Positions 1-11,881 of a stretch of 64,000 nt of DNA are shown here, one piece after another. The stretch comes from Chrysomallon squamiferum (taxonomy: Eukaryota > Animalia > Mollusca): positions 1 through 64,000 of the forward strand of contig CM022666.1 in NCBI GenBank assembly GCA_012295275.1. Direction: 5' to 3'. The position numbers and the translations under genes are program-made. Below the pieces are notes generated by a model. It searched no databases, was not told where the DNA came from, and saw nothing but the letters and a program-made list of their open reading frames with translations. The first letter of the stretch is position 1. Each line of letters begins with the position of its first letter.

Positions 1-3000
1 TTTTCAAAACATGTGCGTTTTTGTGCACGTGTCGGAAACGAGTTGTTCCCCTTAGGTGGGGCGTGCGGCACTTTTGACCCGTGTCGGGCAACCCCCCCCA
101 CTTTTGGGTATGTGCGCCCGATTTTTCCCGTGCTCGGAAAAAGTTATTGCACTTTGAAAAAGGTACCCCTAGCATTTTCAACGAAACTTGAAAAAATTCG
201 ATTTTCAAAGTTGAAAATCCGTGTGGCACTGTTCCGTTTGGTCGGGAAAAATATTTCGACGTGTGCAAAACGTGCGCGCGCCGTCGGGGGCGAGTGTGGC
301 AAAAACGTTTCCAACATTTACCAAAGGTGCTGCACCTTTTGAAAATGCGTTTGAAAAAAAATCGAGCAAATTTTCAAAAACATGTGCGTTTTTTGTGCAC
401 GTGTCGGAAACGAGTTGTTCCCCTTGGGTGGGGCGTGCGGCACTTTTGACCCGTGTCGGGCAACCCTTGCCCCACTTTTGGGTATGTGCGCCCGATTTTT
501 CCACGTGCTCGGAAAAAGTTATTGCACTTTGAAAAAAGGTACCCCTAGCATTTTCAACGAAACTTGAAAAAATTCGATTTTCAAAAGTTGAAAATCCGTG
601 TGGCACTGTTCCGTTTGGTCGGGAAAAATATTTCGACGTGTGCAAAACGTGCGCGCCGTCGGGGCGAGTTAATGGCAAAAACGTTTCCAACATTTACCAA
701 AGGTGCTGCACCTTTTGAAAATGCGTTTGAAAAAAAATCGAGCAAATTTTCAAAAACATGTGCGTTTTTTGTGCACGTGTCGGAAACGAGTTGTTCCCCT
801 TGGGTGGGGCGTGCGGCACTTTTGACCCGTGTCGGGCAACCCTTGCCCCACTTTTGGGTATGTGCGCCCGATTTTTCCACGTGCTCGGAAAAGTTATTGC
901 ACTTTGAAAAAAGGTACCCCTAGCATTTTCAACGAAACTTGAAAAAATTCGATTTTCAAAGTTGAAAATCCGTGTGGCTACTGTTCCGTTTGGTCGGGAA
1001 AAATATTTCGACGACGTGTGCAAAAACGTGCGCGCCGTCGGGGCGAGAATGGCAAAAACGTTTCCAACATTTACCAAAGGTGCTGCACCTTTTGAAAATG
1101 CGTTTGAAAAAAATCGAGCAAATTTTCAAAAACATGTGCGTTTTTTGTGCACGTGTCGGAAACGAGTTGTTCCCCTTGGGTGGGGCGTGCGGCACTTTTG
1201 ACCCGTGTCGGGCAACCCTTGCCCCACTTTTGGGTATGTGCGCCCGATTTTTCCCGTGCTCGGAAAAAGTTATTGCACTTTGAAAAAAAGGTACCCCTAG
1301 CATTTTCAACGAAACTTGAAAAAATTCGATTTTCAAAAGTTGAAAATCCGTGTGGCACTGTTCCGTTTGGTCGGGAAAAATATTTCGACGTGTGCAAAAC
1401 GTGCGCGCCGTCGGGGCGAGTGTGGCAAAAACGTTTCCAACATTTACCAAAGGTGCTGCACCTTTTGAAAATGCGTTTGAAAAAAAATCGAGCAAATTTT
1501 CAAAAAAACATGTGCGTTTTTTGTGCACGTGTCGGAAACGAGTTGTTCCCCTTGGGTGGGGCGTGCGGCACTTTTGACCCGTGTCGGGCAACCCTTGCCT
1601 TACTTTTGGGTATGTGCGCCCGATTTTTCCCACGTGCTCGGAAAAAGTTATTGCACTTTGAAAAAGGTACCCTAGCATTTTCAACGAAACTTGAAAAAAT
1701 TCGATTTTCAAAAGTTGAAAATCCGTGTGGCACTGTTCCGTTTGGTCGGGAAAAATATTTCGACGTGTGCAAAACGTGCGCGCCGTCGGGGCGAGTGTGG
1801 CAAAAACGTTTCCAACATTTACCAAAGGTGCTGCACCTTTTGAAAATGCGTTTGAAAAAAAATCGAGCAAATTTTCAAAACATGTGCGTTTTTTGTGCAC
1901 GTGTCGGAAACGAGTTGTTCCCCTTGGGTGGGGCGTGCGGCACTTTTGACCCGTGTCGGGCAACCCTTGCCCACTTTTGGGTATGTGCGCCCGATTTTCC
2001 CACGTGCTCGGAAAAGTTATTGCACTTTGAAAAAAAGGTACCCCTAGCATTTTCAACGAAACTTGAAAAAATTCGATTTTCAAAAGTTGAAAATCCGTGT
2101 GGCACTGTTCCGTTTGGTCGGGAAAAATATTTCGACGTGTGCAAAACGTGCGCGCCGTCGGGGCGAGTAATGGCAAAAACGTTTCCAACATTTACCAAAG
2201 GTGCTGCACCTTTTGAAAATGCGTTTGAAAAAAAAAATCGAGCAAATTTTCAAAAACATGTGCGTTTTTTGTGCACGTGTCGGAAACGAGTTGTTCCCCT
2301 TGGGTGGGGCGTGCGGCACTTTTGACCCGTGTCGGGCAACCCTTGCCCCACTTTTGGGTATGTGCGCCCGATTTTTTCCACGTGCTCGGAAAAAGTTATT
2401 GCACTTTGAAAAAGGTACCCCTAGCATTTTCAACGAAACTTGAAAAAATTCGATTTTCAAAAGTTGAAATCCGTGTGGCACTGTTCCGTTTGGTCGGGAA
2501 AAATATTTCGACGTGTGCAAAACGTGCGCGCCGTCGGGGCGAGTGTGGCAAAAACGTTTCCAACATTTACCAAAGGTGCTGCACCTTTTGAAAATGCGTT
2601 TGAAAAAAAATCGAGCAAATTTTCAAAAACATGTGCGTTTTTTTTGCACGTGTCGGAAACGAGTTGTTCCCCTTGGGTGGGGCGTGCGGCACTTTTGACC
2701 CGTGTCGGGCAACCCTTGCCCCACTTTTGGGTATGTGCGCCCGATTTTTCCCACGTGCTCGGAAAAAGTTATTGCACTTTGAAAAAGGTACCCCTAGCAT
2801 TTTCAACGAAACTTGAAAAAATTCGATTTTCAAAAGTTGAAAATCCGTGTGGCACTGTTCCGTTTGGTCGGGAAAAATATTTCGACGTGTGCAAAACGTG
2901 CGCGCCGTCGGGGCGAGTGTGGCAAAAACGTTTCCAACATTTACCAAAGGTGCTGCACCTTTTGAAAATGCGTTTGAAAAAAAATCGAGCAAATTTTCAA

Positions 3001-4985
3001 AAACATGTGCGTTTTTTGTGCACGTGTCGGAAACGAGTTGTTCCCCTTGGGTGGGGCGTGCGGCACTTTTGACCCGTGTCGGGCAACCCTTGCCCCACTT
3101 TTGGGTATGTGCGCCCGATTTTTCCCACGTGCTCGGAAAAAGTTATTGCACTTTGAAAAAAGGTACCCCTAGCATTTTCAACGAAACTTGAAAAAATTCG
3201 ATTTTCAAAAGTTGAAAATCCGTGTGGCACTGTTCCGTTTGGTCGGGAAAAATATTTCGACGTGTGCAAAACGTGCGCGCCGTCGGGCGAGTGTGGCAAA
3301 AACGTTTCCAACATTTACCAAAGGTGCTGCACCTTTTGAAAATGCGTTTGAAAAAAATCGAGCAAATTTTCAAAAACATGTGCGTTTTTTGTGCACGTGT
3401 CGGAAACGAGTTGTTCCCCTTGGGTGGGGCGTGCGGCACTTTTGACCCGTGTCGGGCAACCCTTGCCCCACTTTTGGGTATGTGCGCCCGATTTTTCCCA
3501 CGTGCTCGGAAAAAGTTATTGCACTTTGAAAAAGGTACCCCTAGCATTTTCAACGAAACTTGAAAAATTCGATTTTCAAAAGTTGAAAATCCGTGTGGCA
3601 CTGTTCCGTTTGGTCGGGAAAAATATTTCGACGTGTGCAAAACGTGCGCGCCGTCGGGGCGAGTGGCAAAAACGTTTCCAACATTTACCAAAGGTGCTGC
3701 ACCTTTTGAAAATGCGTTTGAAAAAAAATCGAGCAAATTTTCAAAAACATGTGCGTTTTTTGTGCACGTGTCGGAAACGAGTTGTTCCCCTTGGGTGGGG
3801 CGTGCGGCACTTTTGACCCGTGTCGGGCAACCCTTGCCCCACTTTTGGGTATATGCGCCCGATTTTTCCCACGTGCTCGGAAAAGTTATTGCACTTGAAA
3901 AAAAGGTACCCCTAGCATTTTCAACGAAACTTGAAAAATTCGATTTTCAAAAGTTGAAAATCCGTGTGGCACTGTTCCGTTTGGTCGGGAAAAATATTTC
4001 GACGTGTGCAAAACGTGCGCGCCGTCGGGGCGAGTGTGGCAAAAACGTTTCCAACATTTACCAAAGGTGCTGCACCTTTTGAAAATGCGTTTGAAAAAAA
4101 ATCGAGCAAATTTTTCAAAAACATGTGCGTTTTTTGTGCACGTGTCGGAAACGAGTTGTTCCCCTTGGGTGGGGCGTGCGGCACTTTTGACCCGTGTCGG
4201 GCAACCCTTGCCCCACTTTTGGGTATGTGCGCCCGATTTTTTCCACGTGCTCGGAAAAAGTTATTGCACTTTGAAAAAGGTACCCCTAGCATTTTCAACG
4301 AAACTTGAAAAAATTCGATTTTCAAAAGTTGAAAATCCGTGTGGCACTGTTCCGTTTGGTCGGGAAAAATATTTCGACGTGTGCAAAACGTGCGCGCCGT
4401 CGGGGCGAGTGTGGCAAAAACGTTTCCAACATTTACCAAAGGTGCTGCACCTTTTGAAAATGCGTTTGAAAAAAAATCGAGCAAATTTTCAAAAACATGT
4501 GCGTTTTTTGTGCACGTGTCGGAAACGAGTTGTTCCCCTTGGGTGGGGCGTGCGGCACTTTTGACCCACTTTTGGGTATGTGCGCCCGATTTTTCCCACG
4601 TGCTCGGAAAAAGTTATTGCACTTTGAAAAAGGTACCCCTAGCATTTTCAACGAAACTTGAAAAATTTCGATTTTCAAAAGTTGAAAATCCGTGTGGCAC
4701 TGTTCCGTTTGGTCGGGAAAAATATTTCGACGTGTGCAAAACGTGCGCGCCGTCGGGGCGAGTGTGGCAAAAACGTTTGAAAAAAAATCGACCAAATTTT
4801 CAAAAAAATTCGATTTTCAATTTATCCGTGTGGCACTATTCCGTGTGGTCGGGAAAAATATTTCAACGTGTGCAAAAGGTGCGCGCCGTCGGGGCGAGTG
4901 TTGTAAAAACGTTTCCAACATTTTCAAAATATGTCCGCTTTATTGTGCACATGTCGGAATCGGGTTGTTCTCCTTGGGTGTGGGG
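1..4985. repeat. Tandem satellite DNA, ~374-bp monomer, ~13 copies, running off the left edge of the window
   Basis: The motif TTTTCAAAAACATGTGCG recurs at about 1, 371, 747, 1123, 1497, 1872, 2247, 2620, 2994, 3367, 3737, 4111 and 4486. Copies differ mostly by homopolymer length. The last ~1.5 copies (4560-4985) carry deletions and substitutions. Confidence 0.98.
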
Positions 4986-5339
4986 TCCAAAAAAAGTAAA
5001 AACCGTCAAAACCAAAGAAAGAAAAAAAGCTGGTAGTGATGTCAGAGCGAGGACGATAATAAAAAAAATCCCGTCTCTTCCCGATGTTGACGCAGATGCG
5101 CGAAACCGGGCAATGAGTCACGAACATCTTGTCGTTTATTCTCGGAAATGTTGAGTGATTTGTGTCTGTCTTTCGCGAAGAGGGTGTGATTTCGCAGACT
5201 ACAGGTTCTTTTCTGATTCGACGCCGAATCTGAAACTAATAAGTAAATAAATCGTGGGATCGATGTTTTGTTGCTCGGACGCGGTTCTAAGTTCCAGGAC
5301 GCCTTAAGGGAAAGAACTCTGTTTTGTTTCTCGCGTATT

Positions 5340-5681
5340 GTCTTTAACGGAGTTATTCCCCTTTGACCGTCCACTTGACAAATTAATGAGTGCGCCTTGG
5401 TCGATATGTAAATAAATAAATAAAATAAATAAATGTGATTCGGACACTGAAAAGGTTCATAATTAATTTAGGAAGCTCTCTTCGAAATAGAGTTGTGTTT
5501 TCCTTACCTGCTAGTGAACAAATAAACAAATAAATAAACAAGTAAACAAATAAAATAAATAAATAAATAATGAAAGATGACTAGAAACTGTAACGAACTG
5601 TTAAGGCAATCGTTCTGCAGGTCTGTTTAACAGAGTCGTAACAAGTCAACGGTCCAAGGGCAATAACTCTGTTTACGAGAC
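5340..5681. mobile_element. Possible MITE-like or non-autonomous element bounded by imperfect ~38-bp inverted repeats
   Basis: 5340-5377 GTCTTTAACGGAGTTATTCCCCTTTGACCGTCCACTTG closely matches the reverse complement of 5642-5681 (GTCTCGTAAACAGAGTTATTGCCCTTGGACCGTTGACTTG). The interior is non-coding with (AAAT)n tracts. No clear target-site duplication was seen. Confidence 0.4.
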
Positions 5682-5738
5682 GGGGGGAGAATGTCTAGAC
5701 AGACAAACTGGGAGATGAAGGTCAAGGTCGGAGGTGTC

Positions 5739-5822
5739 TTAGATTTGGGTTAACGGTGCCTAAGGGTTAGGGTTACCCTGACCCCTAAATCTAACCCTAA
5801 CCCTAACCCTAAAGCCTAAACC
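5739..5822. repeat. Short telomeric-type repeat patch, TTAGGG units followed by CCCTAA units (inverted arrangement)
   Basis: TAAGGGTTAGGGTTAC at 5761-5776 is followed by CTAACCCTAACCCTAACCCTAAAGCCTAAA at 5791-5820. Confidence 0.7.
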
Positions 5823-6556
5823 TGCAATATGTACAATGATACGTACGTAAGACACCATAAAGGACATGAGAGACCACATGCAAACTGCCACCACATAACA
5901 CAAAATATATTCAATAACACATAAACAGAGAAAGCATAACAAAGAAAACATGCAAAGACATCTGACCGGGCACAAAACACAAACGAAACATAAGGAACAA
6001 AGCACATATACAACACACACTGCGCACATAATACAGGACACTACAGGCATCAAAACACATGACAGCGTTCACACAAAACATATACCCAGTTTTAGATAAA
6101 ATTTTAAGAATGTTAACGAAATATTATTATTTGGATTTCTGTATATAATTTGTTTCTATAAAGGTTTTGATTTAATGATAATTATTACAGTTTATATGTT
6201 TCTTTAAAATTTAAACGGAAGGCATAATATATGCCTTAATATAAAACAAAACAAAACAAACATACTTTGATAAAAGCTTTTACTTTATTAAAATATTAAA
6301 ACAACAAACTTTATCACGTACAATGCAATGCAAAATCTAGTGTTAAAAATTAAATACAAACATGGACACAAAGGCTGGGCTTGTATATCAGTAGTAATGC
6401 AAAGTGTCAAAGTGGAGTTATCTCTTTTGCATACATACATACTCAAACAAACATGTAAACATTTTTGTCTTCAATCATTGTACGCAGTGACAGTTTGCAG
6501 TTTACCATTTGCATATAAACACAGAGGTAGTTATGGTATGGACTAACATGTATTAA

Positions 6557-6558
<2 letters not shown>

Positions 6559-6632
<74 letters not shown>

Positions 6633-6711
6633 CTATTTCAAGAAAACTAAAGTATCTCAAGTTCCGTTTACAGTCAAAAGTTACTATTAGTTACTGAACA
6701 CGCAATTAATA

Positions 6712-6796
<85 letters not shown>
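6559..6796. repeat. (CT)n and (GT)n microsatellites
   Basis: Pure dinucleotide runs at ~6559-6628 and ~6715-6796. Similar AG, AC, AAT, TAG and AGAC tracts occur throughout the window, e.g. 8160-8275, 14378-14466, 20470-20572, 38445-38580, 39110-39410, 42355-42443, 43780-43984, 60879-60965. Confidence 0.98.
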
Positions 6797-6801
<5 letters not shown>

Positions 6802-6926
6802 CACTTATTACTGTTATGTTGGACAGGTAAAGACAAGATTTTGAAACACAAAAAATACATTGTGGCCTTCTCTGCTATTTTATTTCCCAATGACAAAATG
6901 TTTCTATATAACCTATAAAATTGTAA

Positions 6927-8181
6927 TTAACATTGCATTTTTCCAGTACTAAGACAGAAACATTTTTTTTTCCACCAAAACCAGCCACTTTCAATTTTAT
7001 AACCAACTTTGTAACATTTGCCATCGATTTCACAGTCTGAAATAAAGGGATAAAAAGAAGACACAAACAGAAAATAAATTAGCGATACTTTTCAAGGTTC
7101 AAGTCACATACAAGATAGTTTTAGCATGTAGATAAATTTGTAACTACGTGAGAAATATCTGGAAATATCCAACTTATCTGTTTTTCACAATAACACCTGC
7201 AGTCTTCTTATTAGAATATTCAACACACTTCGCTGATGTTCATTATGTTGCAAATGTGTTCTTTCTTTTCTTCTCTTGTCAAGCCTTAGTACTTATCTAT
7301 AATCGATCTGAAAAGTACCCAAATCGATCCCAAAGTCGCAATTCGGCATCTTTCCACCACCGGACATGCGCTACTCACTGAAGAGTTTCGGGTTTGGCTG
7401 GGTTTGAACTTAATGTATTCCAAAAATCGGTAAATTCCAACCTAGTAAAGAAAGTAAGTCTTACCTCTACGTAATATGCTAAACGCGCCGAGATTCGTAC
7501 AGGTCATGTAAGTGCACTTTGTCATTCTCGGTTCATCTACCAAAAGACATTCATAAAACTTGCGCAGATCACAGACAACAGCTTGAAAAATAAAAAATAA
7601 ATATTTGTTTTAAACATACTCACACATATGCTGATACACGAACGAGAAAAAAAACAAGAAAACAAATAGTGGCGGTAAAAAATATATCAAAAATAAATAT
7701 TAAATACAACAGAAAAATATGAAACAAATAACTTCTCTATATTACCTATTACTATATCGAAATCACCATCATCATAACCATTACCATCATCATCATTGTT
7801 ATTGTTATTATCATCGTCATCAGCATTATAATTATCATCCTAAGTATTAATATTATTATTTTTTTGTTTTTCTTTTTATTACAAGGACTACTATTATAAA
7901 ATTTGAAATTATTTACCAGAGCTTTTATCTTTATAAACAGTAAGGTTTAAAGTCGCTACATCCTCACTAAATGTGCCGATGTGTACAGTTGCACTATAAC
8001 TAAAGACTCCACACTTAGTGTTTGTTTTAGTATTTGTGGCTGGAATCTGAGTACCATAGATTTTCACGTCTGTCAAAACAAAATAACTTTTCAGTTTTAA
8101 ACATTTTCTTTTTAATTCTACTCCTCCTGCACACTAATAAAAAACATTCAGGCACGCACGCACACACACACACACACACAC

Positions 8182-8278
<97 letters not shown>

Positions 8279-8840
8279 GTTTAATACGAGACCTTTTTTC
8301 AGTGTCTGCTTATCTATTTACTAAATTTAGAACACTCAACAATGAAACAGAGATATGCTTTTAACTACATTACTTACATGAAGTTCGTTCATTGATTTCG
8401 AAACCACCCTCAACGCATTTAAGTACAGTGGAACCGTGGTAAGAGAACTGGTGGACGTTTTCTCCTATATTCACCTTACCCCACTGTGTCTCGCACTGTC
8501 TACTTTCTGTGTTGTATACACCTGAAAACGCTAAAAAATATACATTAATTAGATCTATACGTCAGGTTTTCTGTCTCTGTATCTAATTCTTTGTTTCTAT
8601 ATCTGCCAAAATCTTAACTTAGTTAATTGAATTATTATTATTATTATTTTTTTTTTTTTTTTTTATTCAACCTGATATAATAATATGATTTAAATATGAC
8701 ATAAATAGAAAATTAAGTTAAACATAGAAGAGATCCCAGGACCAAAATCGTGACTAACTTGTCAGATTTGAATCATATATTTTCGATAGCACGTGTTGGA
8801 ATGATGTAGCCATAATCAGAAGGAACATTACTGCAGACAT
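6927..8840 (-). CDS. Secreted small cysteine-rich protein (111 aa) with a Trp-rich cationic GWFWWKKK motif; two FN1/VWC-like Cys modules; copy 1, intact
   Basis: Three exons with GT-AG junctions and matching phase 1/1: 8840-8759 (MSAVMFLLIMATSFQHVLSKIYDSNLT, signal-peptide-like), 8521-8378 (SVYNTESRQCETQWGKVNIGENVHQFSYHGSTVLKCVEGGFEINERTS) and 7036-6927 (YCEIDGKCYKVGYKIESGWFWWKKKCFCLSTGKMQC*). Exons 2 and 3, their reading frame and their splice sites are conserved in the paralog at 11882-14167. The exon 1 assignment is less certain. Confidence 0.78.
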
Positions 8841-9239
8841 GTTGAATTGTTGACAATATTTATCTGTAATTAGCACGATTAAGAATAGAGACAACATGGT
8901 AACAAACATGAAAATAAAGTAAGTAAAAATGTTAGCAACAGAATTGAACTGAAATGTCAGTAACAAGTAACAAAAGTCAAGATGTTACGAGACATCAATG
9001 AAATGTAACAACCTAAAATGTTAATATATTACTTACGCGTAACAAGTAAAATTTGTATTGCTAGTATTAATATGTAACAAACAAACATGTTAATACTTGT
9101 AGTTAAATGTAACAAGTAAAAATGTTAATACAAACAGTAGCATATATTAAGTAAAAGTGCTAGTACCTGTAGTAACTTGCAGCAAGTAAAAATCCAAAAA
9201 AGTAATAATATATATTAAGAGAAATTGTTGACACCACTA

Positions 9240-9760
9240 GTAAAATGTAATAAGTAAAAATGTTAATAACAGAAAGAACATGCAGTAAGTAAAAACATTA
9301 ACACCAGTAGTAGCAAGTAATGAGTAAAAAATGTTAACAGCAGTAGTTACATGTAATAAGTAAAAATGTTAACAGCAGTAGTTACATGTAATAAGTAAAA
9401 ATGTTAACAGCGGTAGTTACAAGTAATGAGTAAAAAATGTTAACAGCAGTAGTTACATGTAATAAGTAAAAATGTTAACAGCAGTAGTTACATGTAATAA
9501 GTAAAAATGTTAACAGCGGTAGTTACAAGTAATGAGTAAAAAATGTTAACAGCAGTAGTTACATGTAATAAGTAAAAATGTTAACAGCAGTAGTTACATG
9601 TAATAAGTAAAAATGTTAACAGCGGTAGTTACAAGTAATGAGTAAAAAATGTTAACAGCAGTAGTTACATGTAATAAGTAAAAATGTTAACAGCAGTAGT
9701 TACATGTAATAAGTAAAAATGTTAACAGCAGTAGTATCATGTAATAAATAAGAAAAAAGT
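9240..9760. repeat. 35-bp minisatellite with a ~106-bp three-unit higher-order period
   Basis: Unit GTAAAAATGTTAACAGCAGTAGTTACATGTAATAA; every third unit is the variant ...AGCGGTAGTTACAAGTAATGAGTAAAAAATG. Degenerate copies extend from ~9000 to ~10170. Confidence 0.92.
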
Positions 9761-11881
9761 AATACCAGTAGTAATCTAGTTTAAAATATTAATATCAGTA
9801 GTACAATGTTATAACTAGAAATATAGATATCAGTAGTAACATAGTGACTAATAATGTTAATACCAATACTAAAATGCAATAATAACGTTAATACTAGTAG
9901 TAACGCGAGCAAGTAACAATGTTAATAATATTAGTAACATGCAGTAAGCAAAGCATGTTACTACTGGTAATATGTAGTAAGTAAAAATGTTAATATCAGT
10001 AGGAAGGCATAGTAAATTAAAATATAAATATCAGTTATGATATGTCCTATACAAAAATGTTCATACCAGTAGCAGCATGAAATAAGTAAACTTGTTAGTA
10101 CGTGTACTAAATTACAGTAGTAACAAGTTGTAGAGTTCTTAGAACTAGTATAAAATGTAGTAAGTAAAGTGTTAATGCAACATGTTAGAAATGCTAATTC
10201 AATAGGTAATATGTGAGTTGTGTAAAATATCTTTCATTAGTTTTGTTCTAAAACTATCAAAATATAATATTTTACCACGTATGTTGTGATGTCTTTCAAA
10301 CAACAGAAGAACAACAATAATAAACTGTTAGCAAGCGTAAGTACTCGATGTTATTGATGTATTAAAAAATGTAAACTGATGTATAAAATGTTTTGCATTA
10401 GTTCTATTCCCAAAATATTTAGACTTGACGAGGTATGATGTAATGCCTTTCCAGGTGACACATTGCAAGCATGTTCTGTAAAAAATAATGGTTTAGTTGC
10501 ATATATCTGACTATAAATATATGGTAATAAAACAAAATAATGAGTTTGAAATTTACATATTGTGACAACAAACGTCATATTTCTGTTATCATTGCATTCC
10601 ATGTGTCTCAGTGTATATATATTAATAGACACATATGATACATACATACATAATATACGCACGCACATACATACATACATACATATATACGCACACACAT
10701 ACATACATGAAAGTGTGTCTTGTCATTTCTCGTTACCACCAATGTTCATGTCACGCCTTTGCTTGTGTTTGTATGTTTAAAACTGATTATACACTGTAAC
10801 ACATCTGTAAAATATTTAACTAAAGAGTAGTTACAGATTTTCATTAGGACACGTTTATCCATTCAAGTTTCCTTCTTTATCTATATAATTCTAACATCAT
10901 ACATCTGTCTCAGAAAGTAACAAGATCCTTTAGACGGAATATCAATACTATTACCACTCTTTTTCTTCTTATTTCTCTACTGCTACTGCTGCTACTAGTA
11001 CTTCTATTACAACTACTACTACTTAGTTTACCATTCTGCTACTACTACTAGCACCAGTACTGTACTGTTTGTACTGTTCTTCTACAATTACTCCTCTATT
11101 ACAACTGTTGCACTGCTAAGAGTACTGCTACCACTATTACTCTATCATTACTCTACTACCTCAGCTAATAATGCTAATGTTAATTGTGAAAGTACTACTG
11201 CAGAATTACTATTAAAGTTCTACTACCAGAACTGCTATTGGTATCACAGAACTGTTGCTGCTGCTACTACTACCACTACTTCTACCAATACTACTAATAC
11301 TACAACTAATAATGTTACTAATCCTGCTCTACCACTACTACTACTTCTTTATTCCCACTACTATTCTATAACCACAACTGCGCTTCTTCTACTGTTACTA
11401 CAGTTACTACTACTACCATTCCTACAACTGCCACTGTTACTTCTGTTGAACTGTTACTTGCTGCTACCACAGCCGTTCCTCTCTTGCTTCTAGTACAACC
11501 ATTATTATCATTAACACAAATACTACAGCTGTTGATTCTGCAGTATTCGTAGTGATACTATGCTTTACCTCGACAACGTCTTCTACTACAACTTCTTCTA
11601 CTACAACTTCTTCAGCTACTACTTCTTCAACTACTACTTCTCCTGTTACTCTTGTAATGCTACTAATACTGATTCTAGCACTGCTGCTGCTAAATTTACT
11701 GCTCTACTACTAATGTTCTTACAAACCTACTAGTACACAAAATTCTACCATTAACATCACTTATTATACTTGTTTTGGAAGGTAAAGACAAAATTTTAAA
11801 ACATAAAGTAATACATTATATCCGTTATTGAAATTTTATTTCTTAGTGACAGCGCATTTCTATACAAATATAAAATTATAA

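Noticed and set aside
231-247. TTCCGTTTGGTCGGGA resembles a CENP-B box
   Set aside because: It does not fit the TTCG-N4-A-N2-CGGG core in spacing or sequence, so chance similarity is likely.
13-5154. Many long ORFs (up to 411 aa) on both strands
   Set aside because: They are translations of the satellite monomer; frames switch with homopolymer indels and no domain is recognisable.
6875-7066. 63-aa ORF from the supplied track
   Set aside because: Wrong frame; the frame conserved with the paralog is the Cys/Trp-rich exon at 6927-7036.
10980-11750. Thr/Ser-rich mucin-like coding potential
   Set aside because: No ORF of 60 aa or more in the track and no clear splice context; it is a decayed (ACT)n tract.
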